Assembly (NCBI GenBank): GCA_904063045.1
Contig: CAJFCJ010000060.1
Span: 1 to 64,000, forward strand
Length of the DNA stretch: 64,000 bases
Origin: Dimorphilus gyrociliatus
Lineage: Eukaryota; Animalia; Annelida
Direction: 5' to 3'
Positions 12,221 to 25,133 of the stretch are shown one piece after another (positions within the stretch are counted from its first letter, which is position 1; each line of letters opens with the position of its first letter). Below the pieces are notes generated by a model, which saw only the letters and a program-made list of their open reading frames with translations, did no database searches and was not told the origin of the DNA. A program made the translations under genes and the position numbers.

Positions 12221-12539
12221 TTCAGAATTATAACATAAATACATAGAAATTAGAATGGTGGAATATTAAAAAAACTATTATTTAATATAATTAATATCTC
12301 AAACCCAAGAAAGGCTTTTTTTTAGTAGAATTAGGTGCTTTGAACCCTAGAAAGGCCTTTATTTCACACAAAATATTTTCCCTAGTGGGCATTTTCTCCT
12401 GGAGAATTATGGAAGCATATGTGGAAAATTTATTTTTCAAAAATAGTTGAAATGTTTTTCAAACTCCAACTGAAAATAATCTAAAGAAATTGAAAAGATT
12501 TATACAGCTGAACTCTGAATACCACTGCGTGGATGGTTC

Positions 12540-12715
12540 ACCAAGTTATAAATGATCCAGATGATAATTTATGCTTTTGTTTCATAGATAAAAAGCCAGT
12601 ATTCTTTAAACTTTTCTGTGGACATATCTTTCATACTGAATGTATAAAAAATTGGCCAAGACAGATAAAAAAAAACTTGTCCATATTGTAGGAAAATATT
12701 CACTTTATTGCAATG
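12540..12715 (+). pseudogene. RING-H2 finger relic
   Basis: Translates DNLCFCFID...CGHIFHTECIKNW, then after an A-run frameshift TCPYCRK; no intact start or upstream ORF. Confidence 0.55.
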
Positions 12716-13101
12716 AAGAAGATTTATAAGCAACTGATCTTTTTTAAAGTCTTTAAAGGAATTTATTTCCTACAATAATAAAAACAAAGTAGAAAAATAT
12801 ATTTAAAAAATTGATATTAATTTTTCATTCTTATTCATTTGATATCATTTGTTCTATCCAACTGTAAAATGATCCAACTTGTTGGTTAATAGTTAATCCA
12901 TATTTACATCCTTTGATAAAATTTGATTGTATACCAATCAATGTTCATCTGTTGTTTCTTTTACAAAATAATCCACCACCAAAATCACCCTTTTTCAAAA
13001 AAAAAGACAGAATTCAACTTTTTATCTAAAAGAAATTAAATGATTTTGATTTTTACATAAAATATATGATTGTTCTCCTGATTCTCCAATTGAACACATA
13101 A

Positions 13102-14270
13102 TGTACTGCTCTTGCTGGCAAAATCTATGTGTTTGCAAGTTATAACAATACTGGTTCTACTCAAACCTTTAAAATAATGTTTAAATTAAAATGGTTTATT
13201 CGCAATAATAATACTTAAGCAAGTAACAATATGAGAGTTTGATAGCAGAGTAGATAGTTCGTAAAAGCAGGTTGCCAAATTACCAAACTGTCTTCTAATG
13301 TTGAGGAGTAGATGGATGGTTCCAGTGGAAGTTGTTTCCAGATGATCTTCCCAGGTCCTTGGGTCCAGATGGAAGCTGCATGCCAAATGAGAAATGTGAG
13401 GATTTATATACTTTGAGGTTTACCTCTGACATCCAATCATCACTTTACAGTTGCTGAAATGTGTAGTTCATATTTATGTTTAGTAACAGGATGTTACAAG
13501 GTTCAACATTTAGGAAGGTTAATTGAATTATAACTTGGCCACACCCTAGGTAAGTTAATTAAATTATAACTTGGCCAAACCTTTATTGGTAATTAAAGAT
13601 GAGCCTTCAAGCTGACTACTCAGACTTATGTTTGGCCAATGTTATAGATTTTTCTTGCATAGGTTTTAAGATGTACATGTATATGTTGCATAAAATAATA
13701 GAGTTCAAGCATATAAAATATAGCTAAAGTTGTACAACTTCCCCCTTTGTGAAGATGAGTCCCTTCATCTTGATTTAATGAGAATTACAGGTGGTTGTTC
13801 TTCTTCATTAGTTTGATGTTGACTAGACCTACAACTTTGTTTCATTAGTTTTGGGTTTTCAGGAGAGTTATCTGTGCCCTCACTTGGGGTAGCAGTTTCT
13901 TCTCTTTGTTTTCTTCTTCCAATAATATAGTTGAAAATGATGATACATACCATTGAAACTACAATACTCAAACAAATATTACGTATGATAACATAAAGTG
14001 TTTTCCCAGGTTTATAGTACCAACTATGGAAAAACTGCTTAATTCCAGATAGGTTGGGTACAATGCCATTTTTCTCTGCAAACAGTGACCATGTTATCTA
14101 TCATACCTTGCCTGCTTCTGTTCCAGTGAACTGATAACTTGCTTAATTTTTGAGTGTTGGTATGCAATATCCTTCTTTACACCATGGTGGAGTAGGTCAG
14201 CTAATCTGGCAATTTCAATTTTTGGTTCAGAAAGGTGATTGTGGATATGTAACTGAATGGATTTTGCAAA
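13102..14270 (-). mobile_element. 3' end of a third env-bearing lineage: env C-terminus with TM, PPT and complete 3' LTR (13102-13736)
   Basis: EPKIEIARLADLLHHGVKKDI aligns with EPKLEVARLTELIQLGIKEDV; TM-tail ORF 13765-13971; PPT aaagggggaagt directly before TGTACA; LTR ends agcagtaca. Confidence 0.85.
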
Positions 14271-14274
14271 CACA

Positions 14275-15970
14275 GTGTGAAATCTGCATCCTCTTTCTGA
14301 ATAAACAAAATTGTTGGAAAGACTTTAAAGACAAAATAAAACAACAAGTAAAAAAAGAGTTTGAAACAATCTGTCAATTTCCGTTTAGGAGAGATAATGA
14401 AAAATAGATCAGTTTTATAGATTATTCAATTCCTAAACATCTTATAGCGAAAAAAGTTAAACCACACCGGAATAGACGTACCTACAATGACATTGAATTT
14501 GCCAGTGAGATCACAAAAGGCTATAACAGAATTCTTGTACAAAGAAATGCTGGGATAGGAAAAACTCACCATTTTACAAGAGTTCTGCACAAATGGGCAT
14601 CTGAAGGTCAAATGTTACAAGGCTATATACTTTTATATGTAAAATTGAATGAGGTAAAGAGTAATACAGACTTTTACGAAGAGCTATTGAAACAAAATGT
14701 CAAATATGATTAATTATGATGTCAAGTATCATTATCATTTAAAAGTCTTATTCTTAACAGATCAATTGAAAAAACAGACGAGATCGAGAAAACCAACTAC
14801 TTTGGTGGACTTTTATTTCCATACAAAAGAAAGAGAAAAGGAAATGAATTATTGAAATTTGTTCATTTTTCTTTTCAAGAATACTTCACTGCTTATTATA
14901 TTTCTACAAAATATATAAAAGACAACGGCAATAAATCCGACTTGAACACTGCATTGGAAAATCCAAAATGTACCATTTTTCTGCAAAATGTCTTTACATT
15001 CCTACAAGAAATGGACCATGCAGTATTTTCACTGATACTTACTGAATATCCAAATGTTCTGGGCAATTTAGAAATTCATAGAGATATTATTGACATTCTT
15101 CAAACTTAGAATTATACACAGAATCCTACTGTGTGTCAGAATTGTATTCATCTACAGAGCTCAGTTTTGAATTTAACAATTGAGTATATATTGAAAAATA
15201 TTACTGCTATTGATTTCACTTTTGTTAGTGTTGAATTTCCAGATTTCTTCCTTATCATTAAACAAAAATTGCAAGGGTGTCTTACAAACTTAACATTTCA
15301 TGGCGGAATTAAAGAATCAATTGATATTTCCTATTTGGAGAATATTTTGGAAGCATTCAAAAAACTTGAATGTCTCAGTTTTTCTAACATTCCATTTAAA
15401 AGAAAGTTGTTAAAAGCACTGTTGTCTACAAATATTCAGATTGTAATATCAGTGAAAAGACTGCTAGAAACCTTTACAAAAATAGTCTATGCAAAATGAA
15501 TGATTTGTCTGAATGAGCTGTTTAAACACGATATCCATTTGGGAAATTTGTATTCTTTAAACTTTTCATATAATAATCTTTAAGGAGCTAGAAGCTTTTT
15601 TAATTCATTTCAAATGGATAATTTAAGTGAGTTGTATTTGAAAAGATGCCAGTTAGAGAGTAAATGTTTGAAACTTGTATATCTTTATTCAATTCTCTTG
15701 AAATTATTGATTTATCAGAAAATTCATTTGAATTTTATGCAATTCATTTATCTGACAGATTCATCCGTACAAACTCTTGTCTAACAAGTCTATCAAAATC
15801 ACAAAAGTTTAAAAGTAAACTCTTTAATTAGGCAACAGTGATTTGAAAGTTCTTAATTATTGGGGTTGTAATTTTTTTAATACAAAAGCTTCTTTGAAAA
15901 TAGAAAATATTTTAGAAAATTTTACTGGAATACAGAGATTAAGTTTAGATAGGAATGAACTCGTGGAAGA
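14275..15970 (+). pseudogene. NACHT-LRR (NLR) pseudogene, internally deleted
   Basis: RILVQRNAGIGKT...LHKWA (NACHT Walker A), FVHFSFQEYFTAYYI (winged helix), LRR-like LYSLNFSYNNL, LSELYLKRC, LDLSENHL; many stops. Confidence 0.75.
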
Positions 15971-16219
15971 AGAAGAAAATCAAGGAGAAGAGTTTGATTA
16001 AAGAATGAAATATAGGTGTTTTGAACAGCAGTCATTGCAAAAGACAATTCATCTAAATGATGAGAGCAAAACAAGTAATTTCTAAGTGGAAGTCTAGGAA
16101 AAGAATGTTTTTTTTCCAACATTGTACATTGATGCATATTACTTTTGTAAAAAACCATGAGTAAGTATGCTTCAACTCTTACATATCTGATTAAAGAGGG
16201 GTCCATCAATTACCCAAAT

Positions 16220-17300
16220 TTATAGTCTGTGAGTCACAACATTTTTCATAGACATTTTTAAATATATTTTAACTAACTTCAGTTCCTAAATTGTTCCACT
16301 GTAAATCAACATCTATCAGTCCATTCTGTTCTCTGAACAATTTTCCAACTAACTTATGAACAACTGTTGTTTATGCTCTCAAAAATACTGTGATATATAT
16401 CATATGATCTTATTTTAATCCTGATTTTTTTCCAACTAACCCTGATCCTATCTTGGCAGAGAAAAAGTATATTTGAGTGATTCTTTGATATTTCTCAATA
16501 ATCTTTGGAAGTACAATAGAAGTTTCTTCATTCATCTAAATTGCAAAATACACGCCTAAAATTTCCAATTTACAACCTTTTATCAATGAAATTGCTTCAA
16601 AGATCTATGAAGACTGCTGCTAGAGAGGCATGCTGTTCAGGGATTTTTGATTCCTAATTATTGTATTTAATGTTGCAAATAGATCATATGTTAACTTCTC
16701 TTGAAGTATTATGGTTGTTAAAGGATATTTGTTGTGTTTCAGAGTATTTATAATGGTACCAGTTGTCAAATTATCATTTCCACTCAATACTAAAATTTTC
16801 AATTCCAAAATATTTTTGAAAACATTCATTATTCTTTCAAAGTCTTTCGAATTGAGTATCTTTAGCATTGAAATCATTTGATGAAAGGGAAGAAGAGTTC
16901 AATATCTGCAGTTTATCATTTTGTATGATTAGTTGACAGATCAATATTATCCATTTTAATTTCCAATTACAATTATGAATATGTAATTCTGTTAGATTAG
17001 AGTTTTCATTGATCGAGTAGTTGTACATTGCAAAAGATATTCACTTTCCAAACTGTTATAAGACGATAGACATTTTGAAAATGATAAATCGAGATTTGAA
17101 CACCTTAATGTTTTTTGAATTATTTCAATATCTTTGTACTTTGTTATATTGTAATTGCTGCTTCTTCAGGACAATATTCGCCCTTTTGAATCATTGATCA
17201 ACTCACCAAAGTATTGGTCCTAATAGAATCTTTTAAGTTCGTCCTCAAGTAGTCTCAACAAATTGAATTTTGGATTCAATTGGTCAAAGGATTAGAAGGG
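16220..17300 (-). pseudogene. Degenerate ribonuclease-inhibitor-type LRR segment, probably a second NLR relic
   Basis: LTELHIHNC, LKILVLSGNDNL and LIDVDLQWNNLG in broken minus-strand frames. Confidence 0.55.
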
Positions 17301-17339
17301 CAAAATGTAGCAGTCTCATAATCCACAAGTAACAAAAAT

Positions 17340-17640
17340 ATCAGACTATTATATCACACATACAGAATGCAATCATTAGATGAAGACCATATGGCCAACA
17401 TGTGCCACTGCAGCACAGGCTTGCTTCAGTAGCATCTGCTATTGCCAAAGATGTAACAAATTTCACATGCATCTTTTCTATGTTCTTTGTTCCTTTTTTA
17501 ATTGTATAGTGGCTCCATCTAATATGGGTAAACAATCTATTTCCTACGAAATAGAGCTCATTCTAAAGTTCTAGAATCTTATTCTACAAAATAATAGACT
17601 TTCTAAAGTTGCACCATTATAGTTGCCACGAAATGAAAGT
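17340..17640 (-). mobile_element. LTR U3 fragment related to 49395-49620
   Basis: Shared tgcatcttttc.atgttctttgttcc, cgaaatagag.tc.ttctaaag and ctttctaaagtt.cacca. Confidence 0.6.
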
Positions 17641-17643
17641 TAT

Positions 17644-18360
17644 TGTACTGCTTTGGTCTTGCCAATTTATGAGTTTGCAACTTATAACAGTACTGGTTCT
17701 ACTTGAACCTTTAAACAAAGTGTTTAAATTAAAGTGGTTTATTGAAAATAATACTTAAGCAAGTAACAATATGAAAGTTCCATAGCAGAGTAAGTAGTAA
17801 CAGTAGGTTGCCAAGTTACCAAACTAGTGTCCAATGTTGAGGAAGTAGAAAGATCCCAGTGGGTGTTGGTTCCAGTTCATCCTCCCAGGTTGAGGTTAGC
17901 CGATTGGAGTAAAGCAGTGAGGAGTTATATACTTGAAGACTATTCTCTAGTGTCCAATCACCACTTCACGACTGTCAAACTGTCTAGTTTACATTTATCT
18001 TTAGTAACAGGATGTTACAAGGTTGAACATTTAGGAGGGCTAATTGAATTATTACTTGACCACACCTTGGCTAAACTAATAAAATGGTATCTTGGCCACA
18101 CCCTAGGCAAGCTAATTCAATTATAACTTGGCCAAAGCTTAATTGGTACTTAAGGATGAACCTTAAGTATGACAAACCAATGTCTGTGTTAGGCCACATC
18201 TTATTGTATTCCCTCAAGTAGGTTTTAAGTAAGTTATAGATAATAGTCTAAGAATAAAATAGAACGATAGTTGTACATTATTCTAAAGTTCATTTATATC
18301 TAAAGTCTAAATATCAATATGTTATTAGATCTAAGTGTACAATCTTTCTCTTTTAAGGTA
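17644..18360 (-). mobile_element. 3' LTR (17644-18341) with polypurine tract
   Basis: TG...CA termini; PPT aaaagagaaaga adjacent; U5 similar to 13102 LTR, U3 start similar to 61066 LTR. Confidence 0.85.
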
Positions 18361-19015
18361 CAATTCTAACATTTTTTAACTTCATACCTGCTGGTTTGTT
18401 TTCAACTGTCATTACATTTACAATTGTCTGAAACTGATCTAAAGAGGATGTTGCATCATTCAAATGTAGTTCAAGCAAGTTTTTTGAACTATTCAACATT
18501 TTTTGAAGAAAATTCCACATTATTTAACATTCCAAAGAATTTTTCCCATCTAATGATTCCAAATTTGGCAAAAATGTGGAGTAGTGCTCATCAATTTCAA
18601 TTCCACTATCAGCTGTTTTTAGAAATTCCATATATGGAAGCTTTAAAGTGGTCATCTATTATTATGTTTCCTTGTAACTTGTAAGATTTTCAAGTTGGCT
18701 ATGTTTCCCCATGAAATTGATTAACCAAGTTGTCTTGAGTTTGGTTAGCGAACCTGATGAATTTACCATGTCAGCATGTCGATAACCTCTTAATGTATTA
18801 GAGTCATTTTTTATAGTATTCAATGATTCATTTTCATTAAAGAATTCCTGAAAGTATATTTGCAAACAATGTTGATTAAATTGTTTAAATTCAAAAATAT
18901 GTTCATACGTTTCTAAGAAATACAACTATTAAATCCTCTAGCTTTTCATAATCATTAGTAATCTCTCTTCTTTTCATTGGTGTTTTCATAAATGTTATAT
19001 GCACGCTTGTGAATT

Positions 19016-20050
19016 GAATCAGAAAATTCAAAGGGAGTATGGGAAAAAACGTCCCAGAGAGGGAAAAAATGTCTTAAGGGTGGGAAAAAATGTCCCAAGG
19101 GTGAAAAAAATGTCCCAAGGGTGGGAAAGGGTATTCAAGGTCAAAAATATTATCATAATTTGGAAACTAAAAATAATATACTGGGAATATAATAATTAAT
19201 AATGAATAAATATTTTTAAAAATGTATTAAAAATATAAAAAGCTAAAAATGTTAGATAAAGTTTGAAAGTTATTTGAATACAAAAAAAGAATGTTGAGAC
19301 ACAATAAATTATGTTGAATAGATTAATGGAATTTTGTAGAAGAGGACAGCAGATGTAATCATTCCTAATTTATATTCATCCCAAACAGCAAATACTTGAT
19401 TCTGCATCTGAATCACACTTTTCTTCTCAGACTTCTTTAGCCTTTTTTCTGATAGAAGTTTCTCAACAACTGGAATAAGACAGTACTCCTGTTTTAAAAT
19501 GTCTATGAGCATCTAAAATGACCCTTTTGCAGATGTTTTTTCATTCATTCTTCTGTGCCATCCTTCAACATCATTGTTGGTTCTGATGGCAAGACCAAAT
19601 ACAGACCAACAATCTGGTGTCCAAATTGAATGCTTAATCCAAGTACTGTCAATGTATTGAAAAAAATCCAGAAATTCATTTCTCTCAAAAGCTTTATCTT
19701 TTAGCATGTAAAAACTGCTTAAAATAGCTTCAGCTATTAAATATATGATAAGAAATGTAAAATCTATCATTCACTGCTAGGCAACACAATGAAATAATTC
19801 ATTTCTCCTTTAATAACATTACATAATTCAGAGAAAACTGGTAAAAATATGACTATTATATTTTATAATTGAAACAAACAGTATAGGTAAAATTATCAAT
19901 AGTTAAGGCTACAACACTTTATTTTTACCCCAGGACGTTTTTTCCCACCCTTGGGATGTTTTTTCCCAAACCTTAGGACGTTTTTTCCCACTCTGGGACA
20001 TTTTTTCCGAAGGATGTTTTTTCCAGACCCCTTCAAAGGAATTCAGATTC
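19016..20050 (-). mobile_element. Internally deleted MULE (Mutator-like) element with both terminal inverted repeats
   Basis: Tandem ggaaaaaa(c/t)gtcc units at 19040-19135 are inverted relative to 19931-20035; transposase C-terminus WSVF...RTNNDVEGWHRRMN on the minus strand. Confidence 0.85.
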
Positions 20051-20364
20051 GATGAAGGCTTATTGTTCATTTGCTGTTTGCTTAACAAAAACTCTTGAAT
20101 TTTGAATATAATATCGCCCTATTCACGGCTATGGAACTGATAATTAATTTTTATTACTGAATATGCCATGAGTAAGAATAAAAGCTAGTCAGCCAGTTTA
20201 TCAATAATAAAGGTATTTTCGTCGCAAAGTATTTGTTGAACACAGGAAAATTAGGCCTTTGAATTGAGCAAAGTACAATAGATCTAGGCCTACGGCAAAA
20301 GAAAATTCATAGGTTAGTTATAAGGTTTAGTTTCCTAAACTTTATGCAAGGATATAGAAATCAG

Positions 20365-20390
20365 ACAGACAGACAGACAGACATCAGACA
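20365..20390. repeat. (GACA)n microsatellite
   Basis: agacagacagacagacagacatcagaca. Confidence 0.85.
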
Positions 20391-21050
20391 ATTGAAGGAA
20401 ACCAGTGAAAACTTTGCTTTCACACACAAAGAGAATTTTGGGAGAGAGTCGATTCCGCAAAAATAAATACACTACCAACAACATAGTAATGGTAGAACAT
20501 TCATTAAAAATGAATGGCTTGAAAAATTCTATCAATATATCCTCTATGAATGCTATAACCTGATTCATAAGATTCATATACTATTTGCTTTCCTACATAC
20601 TTTCAATTGCCTAAGTGCCATTTATTGCTGCCATAAAGATTGAAAAAGGATGCTGAATGTTTGGATGTAATATATTTTTTTTCTATAGTTGTTTTCAATC
20701 TATCAACATTTTTGGCAATTTCAATCTAAAAGAGGTGAGATATTATCTTCAAAAGTCTAGTGTATTTTCTTTGATTTTCAAAAGAAATTGATGTTTTGAT
20801 GTTTTTTACAACCTTAACCAATGAATTGCGATGTTTTAAAGTTGTCGTATTCCCACAGAGTTCTTCACTGTGTAACCAAGTTTTTGCAGATTTTAATACA
20901 ACAATGGTAAAATTCAGAATGTTGAAAAAATGTGTCATTTATATTTAATTTTGTTGAATTTCTTTGATAATTTGTAATATATAGAACTGAAATCATTAAG
21001 ATTTTTATATAGTGTAGGTATTTTAAGGTACAATTTTCGATTTGGGAACA

Positions 21051-21077
21051 GGGTTAGGGTTAGGGTTAGGGTTAGGT
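21051..21077 (+). repeat. Short interstitial (GGGTTA)4 telomere-like tract
   Basis: gggttagggttagggttagggttaggtt. Confidence 0.8.
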
Positions 21078-21139
21078 TCTACAATACTTTTTAATGTGAT
21101 TTACTTTTAGAGGATTTGTTACAGCTTGATATCTTTCAA

Positions 21140-21460
21140 GTGTAATCACTGATATACTCAAGAAAATGACATTATTGAACCAGAAACTTTGCAGTAGGGA
21201 CCGATTAAATACAAATTGGAAAGTAGGTCACTATTCAACAGACATAGACGATACAACTTTGATGATTCTGAATTCTTTCTTGTCATAATATATGCTCTAA
21301 AAATATTTCCATAAGACAATTGAAAATAAACTTTTTCATCAGAATTATCTGAGCAATCCCTATGCAGATCACTGACTAATGAATCTCGTTGAAACATCGA
21401 GAGAAAAGAGATTCATCATTGATACAATTCGTTTCATCCTCATTGTTTATGCAGTCTTTT
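21140..21460 (-). pseudogene. Relic of a third LDLa/LGR-type GPCR
   Basis: DCINNEDETNC and DCSDNSDEK (LDLa ends), then SYGNIF...KLYRLCLLNSDLLSNLYLIG, which matches TM1/TM2 of the 40-47 kb GPCR (IGNVISF...VYRILLNLSDFLTSIYI). Confidence 0.55.
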
Positions 21461-22270
21461 AGGGACTCGGACATGGAAAAAATGTCCCATGGAATGAACA
21501 ACCCATGAAAAAAGTGTCTCAATTTGGAGAGAAATTACCATTCAGGAAAACAATCCAAGAGAATAAGTTTCAGCAGATAAAGTTTGTTTAAAGAATAAAA
21601 CTACAATAATAGAATTAAAACACATTAAGAATAACTCTTGTTAACATGAAGAAAGAGAGACTAAAATGTAAAGTTATGATACATATATGTTTGATATTTT
21701 CTCCAAGAGATCCATTGCCATTATTAATCTCAAATCATAATCATCTCATAATTGCAATATTTTAACCTGCAATTTCAAATGTTCTTTCTTTTAGTGTTTT
21801 TTCAACTTTTTTTCAGATAAGAACTTTTTAAAAACCTCCATAAGGGAAGTCTTCTTATTTAATTCATCTACCAATTGGTAAAAAGAGTCCTTGGTTGAGG
21901 CATTGCTGTTCAACCTTCTGTACCAAGCTTCAACTTCATGGTTTATTCTGATAGTATAGCCAAACACCTTGCTGAGGTTGCCAAATTGAATTTTCAATTC
22001 AATTCAGATCTGACATAATCAAACTAAAGAATATAAAATCTTAGCATATGTCACATTTAAAAACAAGCACATCTCTACTGTTTCAGTGTAAACTTCTTTC
22101 TCAAAATTGAGTATACCAGTTTTCTTTGACAGACATAATAATGTACCATTACATCATCATAAAATATCAGTATCTTTATACACGTTAACAAAAGTCCAAA
22201 AATTTAGAATATTTCTTTTAAAAAGGGATATTCTTTCCAAAAATGGGACATTCTTTTCATAACCCACTTG
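21460..22270 (-). mobile_element. Degenerate MULE relic
   Basis: TIRINHEVEAWYRRLN...FYQLVDEL (cf. RTNNNVEGWH.RLN); gaaaaaatgtcc-type terminal units near 21470 and inverted near 22240. Confidence 0.6.
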
Positions 22271-22599
22271 CCATTTTTACATACTTCACTGATATAGCAC
22301 TAAAAACTGTTGGTTAAACAAGAATATCCGGCATTGGTAATTGAATTCTGCAATTCTCCTGCATTAACTATAGATATGGGTCATGAGTAAAATCTTAAAT
22401 AAATCAATTCATACAGCTAACCCTGAATTTAATGCAGACAAAAATATCATTCACTGAGTCTTTATGCTTAATTAAGCCACTACTTTTCATTATCAGATTT
22501 CGCTCATCTGAGAAGTTTCCCAGACCCATTCAAAGTTGCTTCTCTTTGTTTTTGTGTTGTCTTTTCCCCAATATAGTAAAAAATTACTATACAAATTGT

Positions 22600-23181
22600 T
22601 TATACTATAATACTCAAACAGATGTTTTGTAAAATAGTGTAGAGTGTTTTTCCAGATTGGTAGTACCAATTATGGAAAAACTGTTTAATTCCTGAGAGAT
22701 TAGGTACTATTCCATTTTCTCTGCTAACAGATACCATGTTGTCATACATGGCTTAGTTCTGTTCCAGTGAACTGATTGCCTGTTTTATTTTTGAGTATTG
22801 GTATGTAATATCTTTCTTTATCCCATGGTGGAGTAGGTCAGCTAATCTGTCAATTTCTATTTCAGGTTCAGAGTGGTGACTATGAATATTCAACTGATGA
22901 TCATATTTTTTTCTTGTTGGAAGATAAATGACTAAGAAATGATCAAATGCAACAGAAACCATCATATCATAAATTTCAACTATAACAATATATCTGAATA
23001 GAGTTGCTTCTTTTAAATCACTTTTTAGAATTGTAACAGCCAAAAGTAAATTTAATGGAATTCCCATAGCAACTGAGAGTAGTAATGTAACAATTGGAAA
23101 CAATTGATTATATAACCAAGTACAATTTTCATTTTTTGTTGTATTCATTGTTCTTTTATACTCTAATAGAAATTCTGACAA
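22600..23181 (-). pseudogene. Rhodopsin-type GPCR N-terminus/TM1-TM2 fused in frame to a retrotransposon env fragment
   Basis: ORF 22753-23181: NCTW...LLSVAMGIPLNLLL...LFRYIVIVEIYDMMV (TM1 N, TM2 D), then EPEIEIDRLADLLHHGIKKDI; 22640-22900 matches 13998-14270 at nucleotide level. Confidence 0.65.
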
Positions 23182-23951
23182 ACTTCTCTTCTTGTTCTTC
23201 TTTCCTTAAGCAGATTTAAGCTGAAGCCAAAGATGAGAGGAGAAGCATTAAGAATAGAGCAGTTTGCTGGATTTTTTAAAAGAAATTATTAAAAAAGAGA
23301 ATTTATATGAACATGTGATGATGTAATATGTTAATTTTTTTAGCATAAAAAAAACAATGAATGGAGCTAAAAATCTTTTTTATTGACATAATTTTAATTA
23401 GGAGAATAAGAAGAAAAAAATACAAATAATTCATACAATCATTGATTGCTAAAACATACATGTTTTATTTTTTTTCAATTTTTGTTGCCAATTGTGATAA
23501 ATGACACAAATAATTGTTCAATGATAAATATAGCTTGATTGAACAATTGATTTTAAAAGGCATTAGATGAGTTGTACAATTGTATTGATGATGGTAGGAG
23601 GTCAGATTTTTTGCTTTGAATGAGAACCAGTTTATTGTTTAAAAAAAAAACAAAAACATAAGATATATTATAAACAAGAGAATTTTCAAATCTTTGCAGA
23701 AAGTATTGGTATTAATTGAGTAGTGAAGCATACTAGTACTCAGCATTGAACTCTCTTTTGATATTTTCTTATATGCAAATGCAAAATGAGCTTTTTTAAA
23801 CCCTCATTAAATGGAGACTTATTGCTGTGGAAATGATAGCATTGCATGTAGAAATGCAGAAATGAGAAAATTCCAACTGCAAAACAGAACCAAATAAAAA
23901 TCAATAGACATAAAATGCTTTATTTGTTCAAAATTCATTTGTATTTTCTTA

Positions 23952-25133
23952 TTAGAGAATTGTTGTCACCTCACAAACTTTCATAATTCCCCTCTTATCA
24001 ACCATATTCACATAGAAGGCTTGACAATATTTATCACCACAAATACAACTATATTGACAATTGGTGGGAGATGAAAGAGTCAGTTTGCAGGTGAAAAATT
24101 CACCTTCAAACTTTGCCTTTATCTGATGTTCCAGTGGAATGTAGACAACAACTCCATTTGTATCCCCTGTTACTGCAGAATAGCACATCATATCTTGTCC
24201 TTTTATGTCAACTTTAAATTGGAATTTATTAGTATTGGAAGTGGGCCAAGGGAATCTAATTGTGATTGGAAATTGTTCAATCACTTCACAGGATTCATTA
24301 TCATTGTCAAAAATTTTATGATCCTTGGAAATTATTTTACTGCCAACCTTAATGTTTTGTATAAAATTTCCATAAAAGCAAAGATTTTCATCATATTTTT
24401 TAGTAATTTCATTGAGATCTATCATCTGCAGAGATGGAAAAGACAAAAAACACCTTGCAGGAGTTTGATATTTGAAAATAGAGATATAAATAATAAAAAG
24501 CAATGTAATAACTTACACTCTTCAACTTTAAACCTTCTGCAGTGAAAGCTATCACTCTATTATTGGTTTTGGCATTGTTCAATGCTATTTCTTTATCAGT
24601 ATAATTATACACTACATCATGAGCACCATCAAATCCACCAATAAAACAAGTCAATCTACTATCAGCAAGGCGATGTAATGACGTAGCAGCAATCTTATAT
24701 TGTACACATTCATATTTCAAAAAGCAATGGGTGCCCCATACAATTAGAAATGCGACACAGTTGCTTCGCTCAAAACAATAGCGTGAACATTTGTCTACTG
24801 AATTGAAATGGAAGCTTGCTATGTCTGAGCCACCACAATCCATACTTTCTTTAGTCCTTTTAAAGCCTGGTACCTCATCATTTCTCAAATAGCATCCATA
24901 TCCCATCTCATAGCATAGTGATCCAGTATCACAGATTGTTTGTCCATCATCATTATCTTAACAACAGACAAATTTGTTCTTAATTTCTACCTTAATTAAT
25001 TAATTAGTTAGTTACCTCCAACTTTCACTCTGAAAGAGAGGGGAATATTGCACTGTCCATTGACAAAATAGAAAACACCTCTCTGCAGAGTAAGAAAGAT
25101 AAAGACGGTTATAAAGTGTTCAGAAAACATCAT
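23952..25133 (-). CDS. Secreted PAN/apple-domain protein with a Cys-rich C-terminal domain, about 3 exons
   Basis: Signal-like MMFSEHFITVFIFLTLQ...; GT-AG introns near 25015-24960 and 24516-24426; PAN motif DCGGSDI...SVDKCSRYC...CVAF...CFLK; ORFs 24409-24906 and 23952-24503 join in phase 0. Confidence 0.7.

Noticed and set aside
19040-20035. Regularly spaced ~18-20 bp repeats resembling a CRISPR array (also 33790-33905)
   Set aside because: No unique spacers, eukaryotic context, and the arrays are the inverted subterminal repeats of MULE transposons
20050-21000. ORFs 20335-20577 and 20726-20938 as further GPCR relic
   Set aside because: No convincing motif; left unassigned
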